Shown: piece by piece, positions 36,206-49,613 of the stretch
Layout: each line of letters opens with the position of its first letter
Position numbering within the stretch: the stretch's first letter is position 1
DNA from: Oculina patagonica
Taxonomy: Eukaryota
Assembly: GCF_052425735.1 (NCBI RefSeq)
Contig: NC_135770.1
Location: 29,698,001-29,762,000 of the forward strand
Reading direction: 5' to 3'
DNA length: 64,000 nt
Translations under genes and position numbers: made by a program
Notes under the pieces: generated by a model
Told to the model about the DNA's origin: nothing
Database searches by the model: none
Seen by the model: only the letters and a program-made list of their open reading frames with translations

Positions 36206-36769
36206 CTACATTACAAGTGACACTACGTCGTGAGACAAACGGAAAATATTTTATTATTATAATCATTTTAGACCTCCAAGAAACCACAAGGCTTATGGGG
36301 GAGGCCACCTCGGGTTAATAATTGTGAATCCCGCTGCCTTTAATCAAATTTGCGATAACAATCAATGAACCTTTGAAAAAAGAAAAGAAAAAAACTAAAT
36401 GGATCGAAATCTACCAATGATAAGACACAGACGTGACCTCTGAATCCGTTAAGGTGTACTTTTGTTTCCTGGGAGGTCCGCTGAGATGATGAAAGGCAGC
36501 CGGAGAAAAACGCAAACGTTGATTGTTAAAAGGCGCAGTAACGTGAAAATAATTCTTCTGCTCAGAAAAAATTAAATTTAACGCACTAAATGAAGGTACG
36601 TTTTCATTTGGGGCGGTAGAGGGCAGCGTGTTGATGAGATTACGCTGCAAAACGGTAATAAATGAAGAACAAGAAAGAACGGGAGAATCGAGATGGGGAA
36701 TGGTCACATAGTTCTATCTTCCCTGTTAAGGTAAGGTAATTTGAGAAACATGAGTTTAACAGCAAGGAG

Positions 36770-36952
36770 CACCATAAATTTGTCCACAAAAAAATAACAA
36801 ATCCTGCAGCCCTCCCTCCCAATGAAAAAATACACTTTCCTCGCACCTGTTATCCGATATGCTACACCATAAATTTGTCCACAAAAAAATAACAAATCCT
36901 GCAGCCCTCCCTCCCAATGAAAAAATACACTTTCCTCGCACCTGTTATCTGA
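36770..36952 (+). repeat. Recent ~95-bp tandem duplication just upstream of ABCC exon 3
   Basis: CACCATAAATTTGTCCACAAAAAAATAAC...CCTCGCACCTGTTATC occurs twice, essentially identical. Confidence 0.9.
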
Positions 36953-39776
36953 TCATGCTACGCCTCACGGCAATATTTTTTCTTTTAGCCTAGAATTAAA
37001 ACTAACCCGATGGAAAACAGCAATATTGGCTACCTTCCAACCTCTTCTTTATACTTCTCCATCAATTGCTGCTTTTATATCCTTGGTTTCACTGGTATCC
37101 TCAGGAACTGAACTCACTTCATATAACACGTTCATGATTTTATCCCTGACAACTGTCCTAAAGAATTCTGCGTCTTGGAAATTATTTTTTCCTGGAAGCA
37201 TGCTTGCCGACTTTACCACAGCTTTGAATCGTATTCAGGAGGTACTTGAATTCCAGAATGACAACATCCACAAATACCTACACGATACTTTCACCAAAAA
37301 GGGATGCACTTCCCTGGGAGAAAATGACTTTCCTTTTAATCACAAAGATGGAAATTTCCAACTTTCCAGTAAAGCAAACACTAATGGCATTCACTTTGGC
37401 GAAGATCCATTTATTTCACTGCAAAATGTTGTCTGCAGTTGGTATTCTGACTGCAACAAACCAACACTGAAGTCTCTCAGTTTATCTGTTTATAAAGGCG
37501 ATTTAGTGTTCATCACAGGTCCCGTTGGTTGTGGCAAGTCATCCCTACTGTACGCTATCTTGCATGAAATTCCACTCTTGAAGGGAAAGATATCGTGTCA
37601 TGGCAAAATTTCCTGGGTTGGTCAGCAGCCCTGGGTGTTCTCCGATACGATACGGGAAAACATTTTGTTTGGTAAGCCTTTCGATCCGCAGAGATATCAT
37701 GCGATATTACAGGCCTGTGACTTGCAGAAAGACTTGCAAAAGTTCCCAGATGCAGACATGACACTAGTTGGAGAACGTGGAATAGTTCTGAGTGGTGGTC
37801 AGCGCACTCGTGTTGGACTAGCACGCGCTTTGTATTCTGATGCCGATATCTATCTTTTTGATGATCCATTAAGTGCCCTGGATACAAAAGTTGGATATCA
37901 CGTTTTCAAAACCTGTATCACCGGTTTACTTTGTGACAAGACCCGGCTGGTGGCCACTCACAATTTGGAAATCCTCAGGGATGCTGATAACATAGTGTTA
38001 ATGAAGGAAGGATCCAGTTTAGAGAAAGTCGATTTCAAAGCACTCGTCAAGTCTGGGTTTGAGATTGCTGCTATTGACAAGACAAAAATTGATGGAAGAG
38101 TCACGTCTGCGGAAAGAGCAACAGCACAACAAGAGTCAGCGACGATATTGGACACAGAATACGCCAGGCTAGAAACTGCTGAAGAAGATCGTTCGATAGG
38201 TTCTGTGTCCTGGACGCTGTACTTGGATTACATACGTGCTGGAATGCGTACAGCTTCAGCTGTGGCTCTGGTGATATTTTTCCTCATCGTTCAAGGTTAG
38301 CCTTAACATCATGCTTGTAAAACATTCAAGGAACTACACGCGAGTTCAAGTTCATTAGGAACTAACTAGAAGATGGTTTTTCATATTCTATAAAAAATAT
38401 TGTAGATATTGCAAGCTTAATGTCTAGGAAAGCTGCTAGTGGATGCCCGAACCATTAGGCGAGGGCATTCAGCTGCTTTTCTAGTCCTCAAAAGTGCATT
38501 ATTGTCTATAGGACATAGTCGAAAACACATCTTCTTGTTGGTATAGAATATAGCATAAAAATGTTTCTCCAAGACTGCTGATCTTACAAGACTCGCTTTC
38601 ACTTACGGCAGTCACGAATGCACCCAACACTGGTAAAGTGAAGGTTCAATTTATCCTTTTCTTTGGTGACTTCTTCATAAATGAACTAAGATACCATTTC
38701 ATTCATATTTCAAATTCATAGTCCTTCCTCCGACTCGAAAGAGATTCTAAAAGGTCGACAAAGGCGACAATCCTTGTAGAATTTAGACATTCAAATTTCA
38801 ACTTCATTCATGACCTCTAGCGTACGTCTGGCTGTAAGTTTTTAAAATTGGTCGCTAAATTCGATTTGAAAAGGACAAAATTGAAGTTTTCTGACAAATT
38901 ATGGCTAAAAATTTTTTCTTACCCTTAAGAGTTTCTAAACGCTCGCATTTGCATTTGTTTGCAGCAAAATGTTATTGAGTACATTATTATAAACATGGTA
39001 CATCAGCCCCCAGGTTTCATTTTCACCGTGTCGGTTTTCTTCTCTTATTTCGTTTAAATTAGGATTGCGTATATTCGCGGATTGGTGGCTTCTTCATTTG
39101 ACTAGCGGATCACATGACCGGAAGCATCAAACTGTCGATCTTTACATATATGGCTGTATGGTAGCCGGGGCCTTTCTTCTCTCTATCGCTAGAACAGTCG
39201 TGTTTGTCAACGCTCTGTTGAACTCCTCTCAGCACCTACACAACTCCATGATGTCAGCAGTGTTAAAAGCACCGGTTTTGTTCTTCGACACAAATCCAGT
39301 TGGACGAGTACTAAACAGGTTTTCGCGAGATATAGGCATTATGGACGAACTAATGCCGGATGTATTTCTGGAAGCAGTTGAGATTGTTCTGTATTGCATT
39401 GGAGCAGTTGTTCTGCCGTCCATCCTGAATCCATGGATTATTCTGCCAGCTATCCCGCTCATGGTCCTGTTCATGTGGTTTGGGCGGTATTACCTAAGAA
39501 CATCACGTGATCTGAGGCGACTGGAAGGAGTAACTCGAAGCCCAGTACTTTCTCATTTTAGTGACACGTTGGATGGACTGGTGACTATTCGCGCATATAA
39601 GAAAGAAAATGCGTTTCTGGAAGAATTGTACAGGTTTGGTCTAGCATTTTGTCGATAAAATATCGTGTTAATCTTGTACGATGCTATCCATACATCTTTG
39701 CAGAGGATTAACTTGACTTCACTGAGTTACTCTCTTAGTCAATATAAATGATAAACTCGCTTAAGTGTTTGCAGTA

Positions 39777-40499
39777 AGGCTCATTTACACGAGCAATTTT
39801 TATGTGACAATTTTTATTCGCTCATGTACATGAGATAAAATGGAAAGTTTTTATGTGACAAATCAAAATTGCTCGTGGAGACGACTCGTCACATACAATG
39901 TGGCAAATATTGCATCAGCATACCGTAAAATTCCGGTTATAAGCCCTGGGCTTATACAACTTCGTAAGGGGTTTTGGGTGGGCTTATAAACGGAGGGGCT
40001 TATATCCGGAAGGGCTTGTAAGCGGAATAAAAAAAAACGTTTCGAAACGAGCCACGGGAGTGTTGATCGAAATACGTTTTTAAGTTAAAACGCATAATAA
40101 AGCAACATTTAGCCCTGTTTAGTACTGTCATCCGGCAGAGAGGGGCTTATATCCGGGAGGGCTTATAATCGGATGTATTTTTTTGTTGCCAGATAGATGG
40201 GCCTATAACCGGGGGGGGGGCTTATAAGCGGGAGGGCTTAAAACCGGAATTTTACGGTTTATAATCCCCTACGGCCTTATGTGCCCAAGGGCACGAAGAG
40301 GATTGATTGAGTGAGTGAGTTTATGGTCCCCAATCTCCCAAACACCCACTGGGCACTGTGCGCGCGTATCTCTGTCCACATCTCTGCTGTCCAAGGTCAT
40401 TAACAGCGCGCTAAGCTTTGAACTGCTGACCAGTAATTGCTGGCCATCTACACGATCAGATATATTTGTCACATAAAAATTGCTCGTGTAAACGCGGCT
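39777..40499. mobile_element. Harbinger-type MITE containing a nested TACCGTA..TACGGT MITE (39921-40258)
   Basis: Outer TIRs TTTACACGAGCAATTTTTATGTGACAA / TTGTCACATAAAAATTGCTCGTGTAAA. Inner TIRs ACCGTAAAATTCCGGTT / AACCGGAATTTTACGGT with many GGGCTTAT repeats. Confidence 0.8.
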
Positions 40500-41016
40500 C
40501 AAAGCTCAACTTAGAGCGGCCGTTTTCAATTTCTTTTATCCAATACCATTGTTGCAAGAACTCGAAATTAGTAAATGTATGATTTTGACAGTATAAAAGG
40601 TTCTTTAATTAACTTGTACGATCTATCTAAAAATATGGGTCAAATGTGGGTAGGATGGCAGGGAAGCTACTGCTACTCTATTATTTTTTTCAATTAATTT
40701 TCTTTTGTTGTCTTCTTTGCTTGTTTGTCTGGTTATTTGTTTCTGTGTTTATTAATCTTCAGTTTTCAAGACGGTCATAACCAGTCCTGGTTCGCGATTC
40801 TTTCCACAATCAGATGGTTAGCAATCCGTGTGGACATGATCTGCGTCATTTTCATGACGTTTGTACTTTTCCTCGCTATAGCTACTCACTCAGGATCAGG
40901 TAAATGATCGTGATTTATTGTATATGCCTTTAAAGTAGTATTCGTCCTACTGGCAAAACTGCTGATAGTAGGGTAACACCTTATCTCTCTGTGTAGCCTG
41001 AAATAACTCCCCGTGT

Positions 41017-43760
41017 TTAAAAGCTGACCCAAGACCTTTTACAAAGCTGAATTATTCCAGGGCCACTACATTGAACGGCCACAACATTGGTGTTTAAAAC
41101 GTTCAGTTTGGTTTTATAGCTGTACTTTAATGACTTCCATAGGGGCTTTAGGGTAGCGAAAGCATTTCTTGCAAGGGTCAGTCTTCGCTTGATGTCTACC
41201 TCCGTTCCACCGTGCTTGTCTAGCATTGCACTAAGGTATGGGAATGCTTCAAAGTCTTCCAGCTGGTTTCCTTCAAAAGTGATGAAGCGCTATTCTAGCA
41301 ATTCAGGCGCATGGTCTTGGTTTTTCTAGGGTTAATGCTAAGCCCAACAACCTCAGCCGTATCGTGGAGGCAGGGTGTCTTTTCCTGCATGTCGCTATGT
41401 ATCCTTGCTAAGAGTGCTATATCATCTGCGTGGTGAGATTCCAACACAGCTCTCTTCTTTTATCAAGCGTATTTCTCGTGACCCAATCAATCACGATAAC
41501 AAAGATGAAACCAGAAATGACACAGCTCTGCTACTCACCACTTCTCACCATAAACCAGTCTGATGTTCTTTTGCCCTCAAGAATGCAGCTTGAGCTTCGA
41601 TCGTACAAATCTCTAACGATGTTGATGGACATGCCAGTTATGCCGAATACCTGTATTATGGCCCATAGCTTCTCTCTGATGACGCTATCAAAGGCTTTCC
41701 TGAAATCAGCTTCTCATCTACACCCTTCTATATTCTGTCAATTGGAATTCAGCAGATAGATATTCGATGGCACTGATAGGAGAGATATACCACGGTAGTT
41801 GTCGCATATGGTCAAATTCCCTTTCTTCGGGACTTTCACAATGAGCGATATTCTTCAGTCTGATGGGGCCTCCTGCTCCGCCATGATCTTGTTGAATAGC
41901 TTATTGAGCGTCTTGTTTGCGTTGCCTTGCGTGCACGTAAGCATTTCTGCACTGATGGAGTCCATTTCTGGGTATTTCCTGTTGTTCAGTCCTGATATGA
42001 AACCTCCTATCTCAGCTTCCGATATTTCTGATGTTGTTATTTCTGGTAGTTTCTGTGCAGCAACAAAGCCGATGTTGCTTGGCATGTTAGTTCTTGCAGA
42101 GTCTATGTTAAGCACTTTATCAAGATGCCCCTTCCATCTTACAAGGATTTCCTCTTTGTTTATTAGCAACTTCCTATACTTTTCGCGATGGTTGTCATTA
42201 TGTTTCTCTTTGCCTGGACAATCTGCTTGTTCAGCCGGTAGAAGTCACCGATGTTGTTGCCCCTAGTTGAATTTTTGCTTCTTTTGCTATGTTGTCCGCC
42301 ATTCTCCTGTTATCAGCCCGTGCTCTCGTTTTTACCTCTTTATTTTTTCTCCTGTATTCTTCTCTCTTTTGCTCTGTTAGTTGCACAGACCTGACTCGCC
42401 CATGTTGCTCTATGATCTGTCTTCTCTAATCTATTTTCCTGTATGTTTCGGCACTAATCCAGTCACACTTAATTCTTCTTCTTTCTCCGAGGACAGCCTC
42501 TGCACACTCATTATATACGTACATTTCTTCAACTACAACCTGCCATGCTCTATACTGTCATCCTCATTGTTGGCCAATGCTTCGAATCTGTTTCGGACTT
42601 AAATGCAGAACTGCTTTTTGACTTGCTGATCCCTGAGTCTCATTGTGTCGCTCAATTCTTAGCTCTCCACAACTTCAGCCAATACAAGATGATGGTCGCT
42701 GTTGGCATCCGCACCTCTTATCGCTCTGGTGTTGAGCAGAGACCTCATGTACCGTCCATTGACTATGATGTGGTCAATCCTGGACATAGCTGATAAACTT
42801 GTGAATATCTCTGTGCTTAAACAGTATTCCACCGATGACGAAGTCGTTCAGTGTGCATAATTCTGCTCGCCTCTCATCATTCTCATTCATCGTTCCTATT
42901 TCATGCCTTCCCTTGGCTCTCTCCCATCTTTCGTTTTCTTCACCTACTTTGGCATTGGCGTCCCCCATGATGACCAGCATGTCATGCCTGGGTGATGTTT
43001 CCACTTCTTTTTGCAGCTGTTCGTAGAATTCATCCTTCATTCCTTCTTCTGCGTCATTAGTTGGTGCGTAGATCAATATTTCTGTGAGCCGTACATATCG
43101 TGATTGAATCTTGCACTCATAACCCTTTCACTGACCGGGTTCCATCTTAGCAGTGCTGTTCTTGCTTCTCTCTTCAGGACTAGACCTACTCCTCTCTGGT
43201 GTTCTTCCTCAGATCCGGAGTACAAGATGTATTCACCTGTTCCGGTCTTCAATTCCCCAAACCCAGTCCATCTCATTTCACTCAGTCCAAGTATGTCCCG
43301 TCTATACTTCCTCATTCACTACATTGGCTGTTTTGTTCACTTGGAACATGCTGAATGTTCTGCATGCAGCCATTTCTAAGAGTTGACTTTGGTGATGTCT
43401 GAGATGCAGTTGACAATGTGATTGGGCTTCTGGATTCCTCTTGGCTTTCTCCATAAGCCGTCATACTTGCAGTTTCGGGATTCCAAGATAGGAAATCATC
43501 CTTGGGTGTGCCGCATGTTGCCTGCCTGCATCTGTGGGTGGATCTTGCTAGTTCTGATATGATTCCCGTAATCTGACTTTTATTTTACTGTGTAGGGTTA
43601 TTGGCCCTACGCCAAATCCCCAATCTGCAGGTTCAGACACTGTCATTTCGCCTTGCTTCTTACCTTCGACCTGCCCGGCTTCTGCCAGGGATATTGCAAT
43701 CCCAGGCGGTATAACTTTCATAGTCATGGAAGCACGCAAACTCCCCCACCACTACAAGGC
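41017..43760 (-). mobile_element. Degenerate RTE-clade LINE in ABCC intron 5
   Basis: APE endonuclease fragments (DILGLSEMRWTG, QRGVGLVL, IYAPTND, MGDANAKVG) and RT remnants (YADD-encoding GCAGATGATATAGCA). RTE-type 5' UTR CCTTGTAGTGGTGGGGGAGTTTGCGTGC...CAGGTCGAAGG. Many frameshifts. Confidence 0.85.
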
Positions 43761-43819
43761 TACAGTATGCAAAAAACTGCCCAGCAGGACTAGTTTTCAA
43801 AACTTGAAGCTCAGAAAAT

Positions 43820-44300
43820 ACAACACCGGTTTTTCATGGATTGCACTGGCTTCCAATAAGACAACGGATTACATACAAAATATTACTCCTTTCGTACCAA
43901 AGCCACCAAAATATATAGTGGATTTTCTTCAGTATTGTACTCCGACGGCAACTAGATCCATTTCAAAAAATCTGCTTGTAATACAATATCAAATCGTAAG
44001 TATTATGGAGACAGATCGTTTCAAGTTGCTGCAAGCAGACTTAGGAACGCTTTACTTAATAGGATAAGATCCATTTAATGAATTTACGAAAGAGGTTAAA
44101 ACACTTCTTTTTAGAGCGGCTTTTTATTAATGTTATGTCAGTCTGATCCATAACTAAGTGAGAGTTTTTTCTTTATTTTTTTAGTCCCGTTTCTTAACAA
44201 AACGTATTAGATTTTATGTTTTTTTTTTCAATTTTAAATATTGTAAAGCGCTATTATAAAGCGCCATTGAGCTCTGGAAATGGCGCTATATAATTAATTA
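43820..44300 (+). mobile_element. 3' fragment of an L2/CR1-group LINE
   Basis: Degenerate coding for LHWLPIRQRI..., YGDRSFQVAA and KTLLF, followed by a TGTAAAGCGC...GCGCTATATAA 3' end. Confidence 0.6.
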
Positions 44301-46047
44301 ATTTATCTATCTACTTATTTATTCAGTTAGTGTATTGGTGAAATAACACGACCAAAGCTTCAAACCTTTTATTATTGTCATGACTATCGAAATTATCAGG
44401 ATTGATCAGTTAGACAACAGTGATGAGGTTCGAAATCAATTGGTCCTTCCGATAGTCACCATACAATCGCGAGTAATTAAATCAATTTGGATTAGTGACG
44501 TAGTCAGTGACGCTATTAATTATAATTCACATAATATCGATTAATATTTAAACGATACAGTTAGTTAGTTTGCTAAATAGCGTATTTTAACAAAAACGTT
44601 CATTGATACACACACATGTACCTTGAAGATCATTTAGGCAGCTCTTCAGTTAATCGTTGGAACAGCGAACAAGGTTACCTAAGTTGTTCAGGTAACTGGA
44701 TTTACCTGAGAAAATGCCGCTGAGGTTTTGGTATTTTTTTTTATTTTGCAGGTATCACAGCGTTGTCCCTTGTGTACACTCTTCAACTTGCATTAGATAC
44801 GTCAAATTACGGCGTCAGACAGTGTTCAGAGGTCGAAAATTACATGACGTCAGTTGAACGTGTCATCACATATACTCACATTGAGCAAGAACCTGGGTAC
44901 GAGAATCTATCTCAACCTCCAGAAACCTGGCCAGAGAACGGTCAAGTGACAGTAAAGAACCTGGGTCTAGTCTACTACCAGGGTGGACCAGAAATACTTA
45001 AAGATGTCAGTTTTACCATTGATGCTCACGAGAAAATTGGAATTGTTGGTCGCACAGGCGCTGGCAAGTCGTCTTTGGTTTCAGCTCTCTTTCGCATGCC
45101 TCAGCCATCTGGCGATGTCATAATTGATGATGTTATTATCAGTGATATAAACATTCAAAGCTCTCGTCGAGTAATGTCAGTTATTTCCCAAGATCCAGTT
45201 CTGTTTACCGGTTCACTGCGCATGAACTTGGATCCTTTTGAGGAGCACGAAGACAAGGAACTCTGGGATGCATTAGAAGAAGCAAGTTTGAAGACCATGG
45301 TGAAAAAGTTATCACAAGAACTGAGTGAGGAGATTAAAGAATGCGGGGCAAACTTCAGCGTCGGTGAAAGACAACTTCTGTGTCTGGCTCGCGCCTTACT
45401 GAAGAAATCCAAGATCATTGTTATGGATGAAGCAACAGCAAATGTCGATTACAAAACAGATCGGTTAATTCAAGAAAAAATTCGCACAAAATTTGAGCAT
45501 TGCACCGTGATTACAATTGCACATCGATTGAACACAATCATCGATTACGATCGAGTTTTGGTTCTGGAAAATGGGCAAGTTGTCGAATACGACAAACCAG
45601 AAAATTTATTACAAAACAAAGGAGGACAGTTTTCGAGACTTTACCATGGCTATGATAAAGATATAGATTAGAATATTGGTTCAGAAAAATGTATGACAAT
45701 AAATATCGTGACAAGGTTCCTTCGTGTGAAGACGATTTGATTACGTTTCAGTTGAAGACATTGAATTTTCTAAAAAAATCAGTCGGGATGGGAAGAAGGT
45801 TCGGCGCGATGGAAAGAAAGATCAGCGGGACAAAGGAACAAGCTCTGTGTGTTATGTGACTTCTCCTAGGAATTTTTTTTTGCTGTAGCAGACCCTGGTT
45901 TCCAGGAACTCTCAAGAAGGGTGTTTTTTCTTCTTCTTTTCTAATGGAGGACTAAACAAACTAAACAGCCCTGTAGTTAAAATGGTTAAGAATGAAATTG
46001 TCTTTCCGAACCCTTCCCATGTGAGCTGCCAATGGAAATACGTCTAA

Positions 46048-46260
46048 GGGCGCTTTCCATTTTGTCAGAACTGGCCGGCCGGTCCGGTGGTTTTGAATGT
46101 GAAATGGGCCTTTTGTACGGATTTTTCCCACAAATCCATTATAACAGTGTATAATATTTAGGCTGATTGAATGATTTGTCAGACAAATCTGACTAACAAT
46201 GGAATTCTGTTCTCGAATACACCGGTCTGGCCGGCCAGTTCTGACGAATGGAAAGCGCCC
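46048..46260. mobile_element. PIF/Harbinger-type MITE with TAA target duplication
   Basis: TIRs GGGCGCTTTCCATT..GTCAGAACTGGCCGGCC / GGCCGGCCAGTTCTGAC..AATGGAAAGCGCCC; TAA on both flanks. Confidence 0.85.
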
Positions 46261-48842
46261 TAAGTGTTCATCAGAGAATGTTGAGATCGATGCAGGATTT
46301 CAATGTCAGTTTAAATAATTGCCGTCAAAAACCAGCTGCCGTTCGCTTGATGCAAACTCGTTTGCAAAATGACTCGCTTCATGTGTAGGACCAGGATGAA
46401 GAAAAAAATCACATTTCCCTTTTGGTTACACGTACAATTTTAAAAATAGGAAAAACTGAATAAATACATTTTCATGACTGATATTCTGTTTATTAATCGG
46501 GGATTCGTTCAGTTCAGGCTGCGTCTACTATTGACGGCTTACACTTGAGTGTTGTCAAATCACTGCAAATAGTGATCCTAGTATTGGTTCTTGAAGGTTA
46601 CAGCAAATGAACAAAGCGAAAATTAAAGGAGAAGTTCACTCCAGAATGGCCATTTATTTTCTTTCGGGTTCGGTAAGTTTGATTGAGATTCTACGAAGTC
46701 ATTCGTCGGGGTCTTCCGGATTGTTTATTTTCGCCATGATGAAAGTTTTAACGTGCAACTACACCAAAGTTCGCTTGCAAGTGACTGCTCTGGTTTCCCG
46801 TGCATATCTCCCGTGACTCCTTAGCGACATTTACCAATGACGAAGTAGAATCGAACTCACGATAAAATTTGGTCAATCGAACAAAATAAAACGTTCGATT
46901 ACCGAACGGTTGATAATCGTACTCAATCGAACGTTCGATTACAGAACTGTTTGTTTGATTTTGATTTTTAGATATTACACTGATTAAAACAAAGTTCTGA
47001 AAACGTGCCTAAATGTTATCAAACTTGTGTATATTTTGCGGATATTTTGTACGGCATACGTCCCCCTTATCTTTTGTTAGGGTAATCATTGTCAAATCTG
47101 CACAATAACCACGTTTTCGGTGGAAATTGTGAAGGTTTAATTACTGCTAGTTTTCAGTGAACCCGAAAAGAAATGTCGAGAGCGTCAAGTACCCGAAGCG
47201 ATATTCAGGAGACCCAGCAGGAGACTGCATGTATCGAAATTACATGTGCTGTAAAAGGATATCAAGAATGCTGTTTTAGTGTTGATGTGAGAGAAGCGTT
47301 TCGCATTTTTAAGAAGATCGGTTCTAAAGAAAGAGCGTTCAAAGTGACTACAGCAAAAACCCGCTTATAAGAACTAAGATTTTCTAATTAGACTTAATAT
47401 GTTCTTATAGAAGTGGTATTTTTTAGTGGGATTTTAGGCTACTTAGGTTCTTAAATAGGTGCTGAATTTGATAGGGGCACTAGTATTCAGCACAGATAAC
47501 TACTACAGGGCATAATAATTATGTGATAAATAATATATATTTCTGTATTCAATAATTATCTAAAATACAGTTTGAAAGATAATGTTCTTTCAGCCACCAA
47601 ATTGCACAACATTTAAAAACTAATGTGTTACGTTCATCAAGTTCGCTATGCCTCATTGATTTAAAATTAGCAAAAGGTTATTTTCGAGACCCCGTGCGTG
47701 GCCATTTTTGTGGTTTGTAAATCGTGAAAAACCGCTGTGTGAATCGCGATTGAAGTATACCGAAAGTATCGTGAAAACGAAGTTATTTGTTCCATCATTC
47801 GTCAAATATGCAAATTAGTTTTACCTCCTTTTACCACCACTGAGTAGATAATAATGTCTTTCTGATTATGAATGATATCGAAGAAGAAATCACGATTCAA
47901 TCAGGGACGAATCAGATTGCGCGGTGGTCTGGGTATTTGTAAAACAATAAAAATGCAAGCAAGATAGAAATTCCCTTTTGATATTTATTCGTGTGTTACA
48001 ATTGCGTAAAAAGTACTTTTAATGTTAGAAGTTATGTGTTGGGTCGTTCAAGTATAAAATTGAAATATTTTATGTGCTTAGGACATAAAATTGTACTGAC
48101 TTGTTTCCTAGAGTTAACCGATCAAATGTTATATTCTCTTACACGTATCATTGTACACACATGTTGCGTTTTTCCTAGAAATCAATTCTTCAATGATATA
48201 GGAAATTGAGCATTTTAACTTAACTATTTTTAAATGGAACTTATAAACCGATTTCTCGGTAAAATTGGATTCATTATACTTCTTAGCATTGTTGTTGCTA
48301 AGGCATATTTTCTTTTTCCAGCTGCGTTAGCTACGAAATTTGTTTACATACACACGGTTGTCGTTGGCAATTATAACAAGATAAAAATTGAAAACCACTT
48401 TTTGAAAGCGCTCCTTTCAGAAAAAAGTTGCTTTGGACCCTACTTCATACTAATAAATTTTTGTGTGATTTTTCTGTCAAACTTTACTCGTTTTATTGAC
48501 TTTTTGCGGATGTTTTAGTCGCAATGTTCAATAGCTTATGTATTTCTTTCACACTTCGCACAAACGTACAAAATCAAGCATTGATGCTTTATGAGATATG
48601 TTTGTACCCCGTACTCGTACGTTTAATGATATGGATAACTCTGTACTGGAAACCACTCCCACGTAACTGGGATTTCGCAACCTATTTCTTGAAACACCTA
48701 TGTCGTTTGAAAATTTCATCAACAACCTTTACTGTAAATCTTAGCACAACTCTTAAGTTTTATTCCGTAAATATGTTCTTTGTAAATTTTATATTGATTC
48801 TGCTATCTTATTTAGATCTAACATATTTCTTACAGTAGAAAA

Positions 48843-49281
48843 ATTGGCCGTTTTTATGCTAGAGACGTTAAAGCTGTCTTAGACGTTAAAGCTGTCTCAA
48901 GACGACATTAACGTCTAGTATAAAAACGGTAAATAAGACAGACGCCTTTAACGTCTGATGGCTTTAACGTCTTTTCGTAAGAGCGTCTGAACGACGCTCT
49001 TATCGGACAGCTTTAACGTCTCAGACGTTAAAGCCGTCTAGTATAAAAACGGGACGTCGTTAACTAGTATGAAAACAGTAAATAAGACAGACGCCTTAAA
49101 CGTCTGATGGCTTTACGTCTTCGTGTCCAGTGTCCTCCGAGTGTCGAACCCAGTCTTCTTTTTATTTTTTTCTGAAAAGCTGTCTACTAAAGGCGTCCCG
49201 TTTTTATACCAGACGCCTTTAACGTCTTAGACGTTAAAGTCGTCTGACGACATTATCGTCTCTAGCATAAAAACAGCCATT
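48843..49281. mobile_element. MITE built from AGACGTTAAAG/CTTTAACGTCT repeats, just upstream of ABCC copy 2
   Basis: TIRs TGGCCGTTTTTATGCTAGAGACG / CGTCTCTAGCATAAAAACAGCCA with many internal repeats in both orientations. Confidence 0.8.
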
Positions 49282-49613
49282 TAGGAAAGAAAAGATCTCT
49301 TACAAGTAAATTTTTCGAAGGTGCATGCTTAATTATGCTAGTTTGGCATTTTTAAAAGCTGATTGACAGCTCGAGTCTGATCCATATAAAAGAGCGCGCG
49401 CCAAATCTTATCTTCTGAGTAGTAATAGTCAGGATCTAAAGTGATCGTCATGTAGCTGTGGAGCCTAAAAATAAAGCAAGTTGGAACGGTAGCTGTGATT
49501 GAGTGTTGAAGTTGAGGGTATCAATCCCCCAAAACCTTTCTTCAACAAACCTTTTTAAAAAACTTAAATGAGTTTCTTTTCATTTCAGATTTCTCTAATT
49601 TCAGAAAAGGTCA

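Larger units (their letters stand above)
33281..36260 (-). mobile_element. Penelope-like retroelement (RT + GIY-YIG), 5'-truncated, with inverted 589-bp terminal arms
   Basis: 33281-33869 and 35672-36260 are near-identical inverted repeats. RT motifs ADKG, YGLPKIHK, SFDVESLFT, GAAMGSP and RYVDD; GIY-YIG GVVYRIPCECGKVYIGET. Confidence 0.95.
31669..45671 (+). pseudogene. ABCC4/MRP4-like ABC transporter copy 1 with a +1 frameshift in exon 1; exons 31669-32212, 32737-33116, 36989-38295, 39063-39633, 40763-40899, 44752-45671
   Basis: TMD1-NBD1-TMD2-NBD2 without TMD0. NBD1 GPVGCGKS/LSGGQ/IYLFDD; TMD2 FFDTNPVGRVLNRFS; NBD2 GRTGAGKS/FSVGERQ/IIVMDE. Extra base at ~32019 relative to copy 2 (CAGCTAGGTG versus CAGCTGGTG). 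Confidence 0.85.

Noticed and set aside
47173-47370. Short ORF possibly from a transposon accessory gene
   Set aside because: Only 65 aa, and no element boundaries could be defined.
48860-49260. Repeat cluster resembling a CRISPR array
   Set aside because: Repeats occur in both orientations with irregular spacing inside TIRs, in a eukaryotic context with no cas genes; it is a MITE.
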